A stretch of DNA of 64,000 bases from a candidate division FCPU426 bacterium (GTDB taxonomy: Bacteria; Oederibacteriota; Muellerivitia; Muellerivitales; Muellerivitaceae), in assembly GCA_963738405.1 (NCBI GenBank), contig CAVTWJ010000014.1:192001-256000 (forward strand), given 5' to 3'. A program made the position numbers and the translations under genes. The stretch's first letter is position 1; each line of letters starts with the position of its first letter. The notes under the pieces are model-generated. The model worked only from the letters and a program-made list of their open reading frames with translations, was not told the origin of the DNA and ran no database searches. Positions 58,454-64,000 of this stretch are shown here, piece after piece.

Positions 58454-59305
58454 GTGTATTTACTCAAGATTTTCATCCTGGCCTGCGTCCAGGGGCTGGC
58501 GGAACTGCTTCCTATTTCCTCTTCCGCCCATGTCATTTTGGCGGAAAAACTGCTGGGGTTGGATCCCACCCAGCCGGAGCTGACCCTTTTATTGGTCATG
58601 CTTCACACCGGAACCATGTTCGCGGTACTGGTCTATTTTTGGAAGGATTGGCGCGACCACTATTTTCAGACCCGGGAAAGGGCCGCGGCCTTTTTGAAAC
58701 AGGTTTTTCTGGCCACCCTAGCCACAGGCCTTCTGGGAGGCGGACTTCTGATATTGATCGAAAAGGTTTATCTGAGGGGGTCGGCCCACGCCGAAGTGGA
58801 AAGCCTTTTTGGTAACTTGAAACTGATCTCCTTTTCCCTGGCGGCCGCAGGCGCCTTGATCTTGTACGCTTCCCTTTTTAAGCCAAAGGAAATCAACAAA
58901 AAGCTGGGGCCCGAGGAATCCCTTTGGATCGGCTTCGTCCAGGGTCTTTGCCTGCCCTTTCGCGGATTCTCCCGTTCCGGCGCCACCATCTCCACCGGCC
59001 TGATCCTTGGGATCGACCGCCGCAAAGCGGAAGAATTCAGTTTCGCCCTGGCCGTGGTATTGACCCCGCCGGTGCTTTTGAGGGAAATCCACCGTTTGAT
59101 GAAGGCCCAATCCGCGGCGGGGGCTCCCCTTGCGTCCTTGGGCCACGCATTCATGCCTGGGATACTGGGCATGGTCTTCAGTTTTGCCGCCGGTCTTCTG
59201 GCTTTGAGGTGGCTTTCCGCCTGGCTGGAAAAAGGACGTTGGAATTATTTTGGCTTTTATTGCCTGGGCTTATCGGCCCTGGTCTGGATTTTGGGCGGAC
59301 GTTAG
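58454..59305 (+). CDS. uppP: Undecaprenyl-diphosphate phosphatase
   Basis: QGLAELLPISSSAH, GFSRSGATI, AEEFSF. Confidence 0.92.
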   Translation: MYLLKIFILACVQGLAELLPISSSAHVILAEKLLGLDPTQPELTLLLVMLHTGTMFAVLVYFWKDWRDHYFQTRERAAAFLKQVFLATLATGLLGGGLLILIEKVYLRGSAHAEVESLFGNLKLISFSLAAAGALILYASLFKPKEINKKLGPEESLWIGFVQGLCLPFRGFSRSGATISTGLILGIDRRKAEEFSFALAVVLTPPVLLREIHRLMKAQSAAGAPLASLGHAFMPGILGMVFSFAAGLLALRWLSAWLEKGRWNYFGFYCLGLSALVWILGGR

Positions 59306-59321
59306 GAAAAAGGAGAGTTTC

Positions 59322-59669
59322 ATGGAAATGACCATTTATCAAAAACCCACCTGCACCACCTGCCGTCAGGTTTACCAAGCCTTGAAAGAAAGCGGCGTGG
59401 ATTTTAACTCGGTCAATTATTACCTCGAGCCCCTCCCCAAGCCCCGATTAATGGAACTTTTAAAAAAGATGGGGATCACCGCCAGGGAATTGCTTCGAAC
59501 AAAGGAAGCAATTTATAAAGAGCTGGGGTTGGCTAAAAAGGAATTGTCCGAGGAAGAGATCATCGACTTGATGGTGAAACACCCGGACCTCATCCAGCGC
59601 CCCATCGTGGAAAGGGGCTCCAAGGCCATCCTGGCCCGGCCCGCTGAACGGCTAAAGGAAATTCTTTAA
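59322..59669 (+). CDS. ArsC/Spx-family protein
   Basis: IYQKPTCTTCR, HPDLIQRPIV. Confidence 0.88.
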   Translation: MEMTIYQKPTCTTCRQVYQALKESGVDFNSVNYYLEPLPKPRLMELLKKMGITARELLRTKEAIYKELGLAKKELSEEEIIDLMVKHPDLIQRPIVERGSKAILARPAERLKEIL

Positions 59670-59886
59670 ATCTCCGCCCTATCGGTATCGTGGAAACAGC
59701 CATGATTGAAGGCGCCGAGAAGGTATCGAATCACGGTCGAAAATAAGAAAACCCCGCAATTTGGACATAAAATGTGCGAAATGGCGGTTTCGATGTCCTT
59801 TTTCCAATTTCATCCCCCATTCAGGAAAGTAAAACGATAAAATGGCTGGTAATAATACAACTTGATTTTTCCTGATAGGAACACTT

Positions 59887-61234
59887 TTGAAAATCTTGAT
59901 CATCGACGATGAAGAATCGCTGGTTAAAATCCTCTCCAAAATTCTAAAACAGGAAGGCCACGAGGTCTTTCCCGCCTATACCGCTTCCGAAGGCATAGAA
60001 AAACATAAGATCCTCCAACCGGACATGCTGCTTCTGGACATCCATCTGCCGGACCAAACGGGCATGGAGGTTCTGGAGCAGTTGAATAGGGCTTATAACG
60101 CCAGTTCGGTCGTGATCATCACCGGGGACGGAAATGTCAACTCAGCCATCCAAGCCATGAAGCTCGGCGCCGAGGATTACCTGGAAAAACCCATTGATCC
60201 CCAAAAACTGAAGCTCGTCACCAAGCGCATCGCGGAAAAAAGGGGGCTCCTCAACCAGGTGAACCTGCTTAAGAGCATGCACCTGGAAATGTACCAGAAA
60301 GATTATCTTTTCCTGTCCCATCCCGAAATGCAGAAGCTTTACGATTCCATCGCCCAAGTGGCGAAACAGGACCAGCTGTCGGTTTTAATCCTGGGCGAAA
60401 CGGGAACCGGCAAGGAACATGTGGCCCGCTTGATCCACCGGATGTCCCAAAGGGCCGGGAAGCCCTTTATGGAAATCCATTGCGGGGCCCTTCCGGAAAC
60501 CATCCTGGAATCGGAGCTGTTCGGGTACGAGCCCGGGGCCTTTACCGACGCGCGCAAGCAAAAACCCGGCCTTTTCGAGGTGGCCCAGGGGGGAAGCCTA
60601 TTCTTGGACGAGATCGGGGAGCTCGACGCCCGCGGTTCAAACCAAACTCTTGAAGGTTCTGGAGCAAAAATCCTCCCGCCGTCTGGGAGGCGTCAAGGAA
60701 ATACCTTTTGACGTGAGGATCATCGCGGCCACCCACCGCAACCTGGAGAAAGAGGTTGAAAAGGGGCATTTCCGGGCGGACCTATTCTACCGGCTCAACG
60801 TGATTCCCCTCGAAATTCCGCCGCTGCGCCACCGCCCGGAGGATGTTTCCCAATTGGCCCAATTTTTTCTCCAAGAATCCTGCAAAAACTTCGGCAAAAA
60901 CCTTTCCCTCTTGGGGGAAGATATGGTTAAAGCCCTGCAAGTCTATTCCTGGCCGGGCAATATCAGGGAACTGAAGCACGTCATCGAGCGCATGGTGGTC
61001 ATGGCCAAGGGGGGCAGCCTGACCTTGAAGGACTTGCCGAAGGATATTCGGGAGGCCCAATCCGTTCCCGCGCCCGGAAAAATCGTCCTCAACCGAAAAG
61101 AGTCGGAAATCGAGAACATCCGCCGGGCCTTGACCCAAACCAACGGCAACCAGTCCAAGGCCGCCGCCCTTTTGGGCGTCACCCGCAAAACCCTTTTTAA
61201 CAAGATCAAACGCTACGGCTTGAAAACCTCTTAA
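59887..61234 (+). pseudogene. NtrC-type sigma-54 response regulator (REC-AAA+-HTH) split by a one-base insertion near 60624
   Basis: REC domain, [23 protein letters not shown]; next frame continues [33 protein letters not shown]. Confidence 0.8.
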
Positions 61235-61266
61235 AATTCCATGGCGCGGACCCAAACCCGGCCTGT

Positions 61267-64000
61267 CTATTTTTTCTTCTCGTCCAGAACCTTCCGAATT
61301 TCCTGAACCAATTCTTCCGACGTAAAGGGTTTTCTGAGAAGGTGGATGCTGGGATCGATGGCTCCCTCTTCGGAAAGAATCTCGCGGGGATATCCGGACA
61401 TGAACATGACTTTCATTTTGGGGCGGCTGCGGCTTAATTCCTCCGCCAATTCGCGGCCGTTGATTTTGGGCATAACCGTATCGGTCAGGAGCAGGTCGAT
61501 CTTTTCTTTGTAATTCCAGCTGGTCTTGATGGCTTCCACCCCGTTTTCCGCCTCCAACACCTTATATCGGTATTTTTTCAGGGTTCGAACCACGATCTTT
61601 CGCACCGCGGCATCATCCTCCGCCACGAGAATGGTTTCGTTTCCTTCGGGAATCAGGGCCGCCTGCTGGGACCTTTGGTTCTTTTTCGCCTCCTCTTCCC
61701 GAACGGGGAAATAGAGCGAAAAAACCGATCCCTTTCCAGGAGCACTTTGAAGCTCGATATGCCCCTTCCATTGCTGGAGGATGGCATACACCGTGGAAAG
61801 GCCCAGTCCCGTTCCCTTGGCACCCTTGGTGGTAAAGAAGGGTTCAAAGATCTTTTTTTGAATCTCCGGATTCATCCCGATCCCGGTATCCGAGATGGAA
61901 AGTTTCACCCATGCGCCGGTTTGGGACGGGGAACCTTCCACCGGGCCTGTTTCGTTGCGGGTCTGGATCCGGAGGCTGCCCCCCTTGGGCATGGCGTCCC
62001 TGGCGTTCAAGACCAGGTTCAGGATGACCTGCTGGATTTGGGCCGGGTCCGCGTAGGTCCATTTCAGGTCCGGGTCCAAATCAATCCCCAGTTCGATGGA
62101 AGGATCGATCAGGCGCTTGAGCATCCGGTTCATTTCTTGGCAATGATCGTTGAGTTGAACCGCCTTCGCTTGAGTCACCTGTTTTTGGCCCAAGAGAAGC
62201 ATTTGGCGGGTCAAATCCGCCCCGCTTTTAACGGCGTTTTTAATTTCTTCGAGCTCTTCCCGGTGGGGCCCCAAGGGGGTCGGGCTTTCCAGGATAAAAT
62301 CGGCGTTTCCCCCTATGACGCTCAACAAATTGTTGAAATCATGGGCCACGCCCCCCGCCAAACGGCCGATGGCTTCCATTTTTTGGGCCAGCTTCACTTG
62401 TTCTTCCTGCTGTTTAAAAGCCTCCTCGGCCCGCTTTTGTTCGGTCACGTCCATGGACAGGGTCGTCATCCCTGTAATATTTCCATTATTATCCCGGTAG
62501 GGAATGAGGGTGGCTGAAATGGTAATCACCGCTCCGTCTTTTCTCATCCGGACCAACTCGACATTCGAGAGGACCTGTCCCTGAAGAACTTTGTTTCGTA
62601 AAATTTTGAGATTTTCGATTTGATCGTCTGGGATAAGCTGTTGACTGGATAACCCGAGTATTTCACCGGCCTTAAACCCAAATAGGTTCTCGGAGGCGTG
62701 GTTCCATTCGATGATAAAGCCGTTGATATCGGTGGTGGTAATCGCGTAGGGGCTGTTTTCAAGAATGTCCGCTAAACGGTCCTTCGCTTCCCTCGCCCTT
62801 TTGGATTCGGTGATGTCACGGATGATGACAGAAATGGCCGTGACCCTTCCCGAATCATCCTTGAAGGGGGAGGCGTTGACGGAAACATCGATCAAAGACC
62901 CGTTCTTTCGCTGCCTTACGGTTTCAAAATTGGAAACCGCCCTTCCTTGAGCCACTCCTTCCCTGAGAAATTTAACCTCCGGCTGGCGGTCTTTGGGCGT
63001 GATCAGTTCTCCCGTTTGGCCGAGAACCTCCGCCGCCGAATAACCGAACATTTCCTCGGCGCCCTTGTTCCAATGGGTGATTTTGCCGTCAATGTCGGCC
63101 CCGATAATGGCGTCGTGGGAAAAATTGAGGATATCGGACAGCCGGTCCCGTGTTTCACGTGCGTTTTTCTGATCCGTGATGTCTTCCATCATCCCCAGGA
63201 CCAGGGGTTCCCCGTGTGAGAGTCCCCTCAACATCGACACCACCAGATGGCCCCAAATCCAACGGCCGTCCTTGTGCCGATACCTTTTTTCCATTTCGTA
63301 AGACTGAAGCTCACCCCTCAACAATTTCTGAAACAATTCCATGTCCTTCGGGGCGTCCTCGGGATGGGTGATTTCGATGAAAGACCGGTCGGTTAATTCA
63401 GAGGCGGGGTATCCCATAATTTGGCAGAACTTGGGGTTGACGATCCGCATCTTTCCCCCGACGGTGACGAGGGCCATTCCGATGGGGCTTCCCTCAAAAA
63501 CGTGCCGGAAACGGGCTTCGGCTTCTCGAATGACTTTATGAACGTGGAGCTTTTCGCTGATATCCAGAGCGATGGCGGTCAGACCCACAATCTTGCCCGA
63601 CGCGTCCACCGCCGGAAAGAGTTGATAATCCAAATCGATGGCGCTGCCGTCTTTTTTTTGCCGCCGGGCCTGGTAATGAAGGGGCGGCCCGCCGGAGAGA
63701 ATTTCGTTTCGAAGCCGGGCCATTTCTCCCTGTTGATCCGGCGGTTCCAGGATATCCGCCTTTTGGTCCATCATCTCCTCCGCCCTAAAGCCAAAGAGCT
63801 TATCCGCGGTCCGGTTCCAGAGGGTGACCCTTCCATCCCTGTCGGTACTGATGATGGCGACGGGCGCGTATTCGAGAAGGTTGGTAAGGCGTTTGGCGGC
63901 TTCGATCGATTTTTGTATTTCCGAAATATCTCGGGCGATGACCGACACGCGATCAATCTTCCCATCCATTTCCTGGATGGGGGAAAGGGTCAGGGAAACC
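61267..64000 (-). CDS. Multi-PAS hybrid sensor histidine kinase with receiver domain; N-terminus lies outside the window
   Basis: At least four PAS/PAC units, AHDFNN H-box, NLVLNARDAM, FEPFFTTK, GTGLGL, C-terminal REC; frame open to 64000. Confidence 0.93.
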   Translation of the reverse strand, partial: VSLTLSPIQEMDGKIDRVSVIARDISEIQKSIEAAKRLTNLLEYAPVAIISTDRDGRVTLWNRTADKLFGFRAEEMMDQKADILEPPDQQGEMARLRNEILSGGPPLHYQARRQKKDGSAIDLDYQLFPAVDASGKIVGLTAIALDISEKLHVHKVIREAEARFRHVFEGSPIGMALVTVGGKMRIVNPKFCQIMGYPASELTDRSFIEITHPEDAPKDMELFQKLLRGELQSYEMEKRYRHKDGRWIWGHLVVSMLRGLSHGEPLVLGMMEDITDQKNARETRDRLSDILNFSHDAIIGADIDGKITHWNKGAEEMFGYSAAEVLGQTGELITPKDRQPEVKFLREGVAQGRAVSNFETVRQRKNGSLIDVSVNASPFKDDSGRVTAISVIIRDITESKRAREAKDRLADILENSPYAITTTDINGFIIEWNHASENLFGFKAGEILGLSSQQLIPDDQIENLKILRNKVLQGQVLSNVELVRMRKDGAVITISATLIPYRDNNGNITGMTTLSMDVTEQKRAEEAFKQQEEQVKLAQKMEAIGRLAGGVAHDFNNLLSVIGGNADFILESPTPLGPHREELEEIKNAVKSGADLTRQMLLLGQKQVTQAKAVQLNDHCQEMNRMLKRLIDPSIELGIDLDPDLKWTYADPAQIQQVILNLVLNARDAMPKGGSLRIQTRNETGPVEGSPSQTGAWVKLSISDTGIGMNPEIQKKIFEPFFTTKGAKGTGLGLSTVYAILQQWKGHIELQSAPGKGSVFSLYFPVREEEAKKNQRSQQAALIPEGNETILVAEDDAAVRKIVVRTLKKYRYKVLEAENGVEAIKTSWNYKEKIDLLLTDTVMPKINGRELAEELSRSRPKMKVMFMSGYPREILSEEGAIDPSIHLLRKPFTSEELVQEIRKVLDEKKK

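Overview
A 64-kb bacterial chromosomal segment, mostly GC-rich, probably from a diderm polysaccharide degrader; the lineage cannot be determined from the sequence alone. 1-27 kb: a plant-glycan degradation locus. It has five large secreted CAZymes (two GH30, GH74, a GH28-GH53 fusion, PL4) with long Thr/Pro linkers; the four complete ones end in T9SS-type-A-like tails. It also holds a GH127/146 enzyme, an AraC regulator and a four-gene module: ECF sigma, anti-sigma with a FlgD/CTD-like outer domain, PA14+CBM9 protein, and PorV-like barrel+TPR. The same ECF-like promoter motif precedes the sigma gene and the first GH30 gene. 27-40.6 kb: housekeeping genes (DinB pair, Fic, metH, tadA, ffs, dnaX-ybaB-recR, four tRNAs). 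Two different tRNA genes are followed by copies of one ~110-bp structured element whose arms derive from the adjacent tRNA 3' end. 40.6-49.1 kb: an accessory region with a DUF5678/retropepsin pair, two apparently identical IS3-family copies inserted at the same position of a repeated target motif, a low-GC secreted protein, and a ParB-HTH/TM/PDZ protein preceded by nine 21-22-bp repeats. 49-64 kb: tag, an ArsR-SRPBCC operon, desaturase, AKR, uppP, a frameshifted sigma-54 response regulator and a truncated multi-PAS hybrid kinase. No CRISPR array or rRNA was seen. All family assignments come from motif recognition by eye, not database searches.
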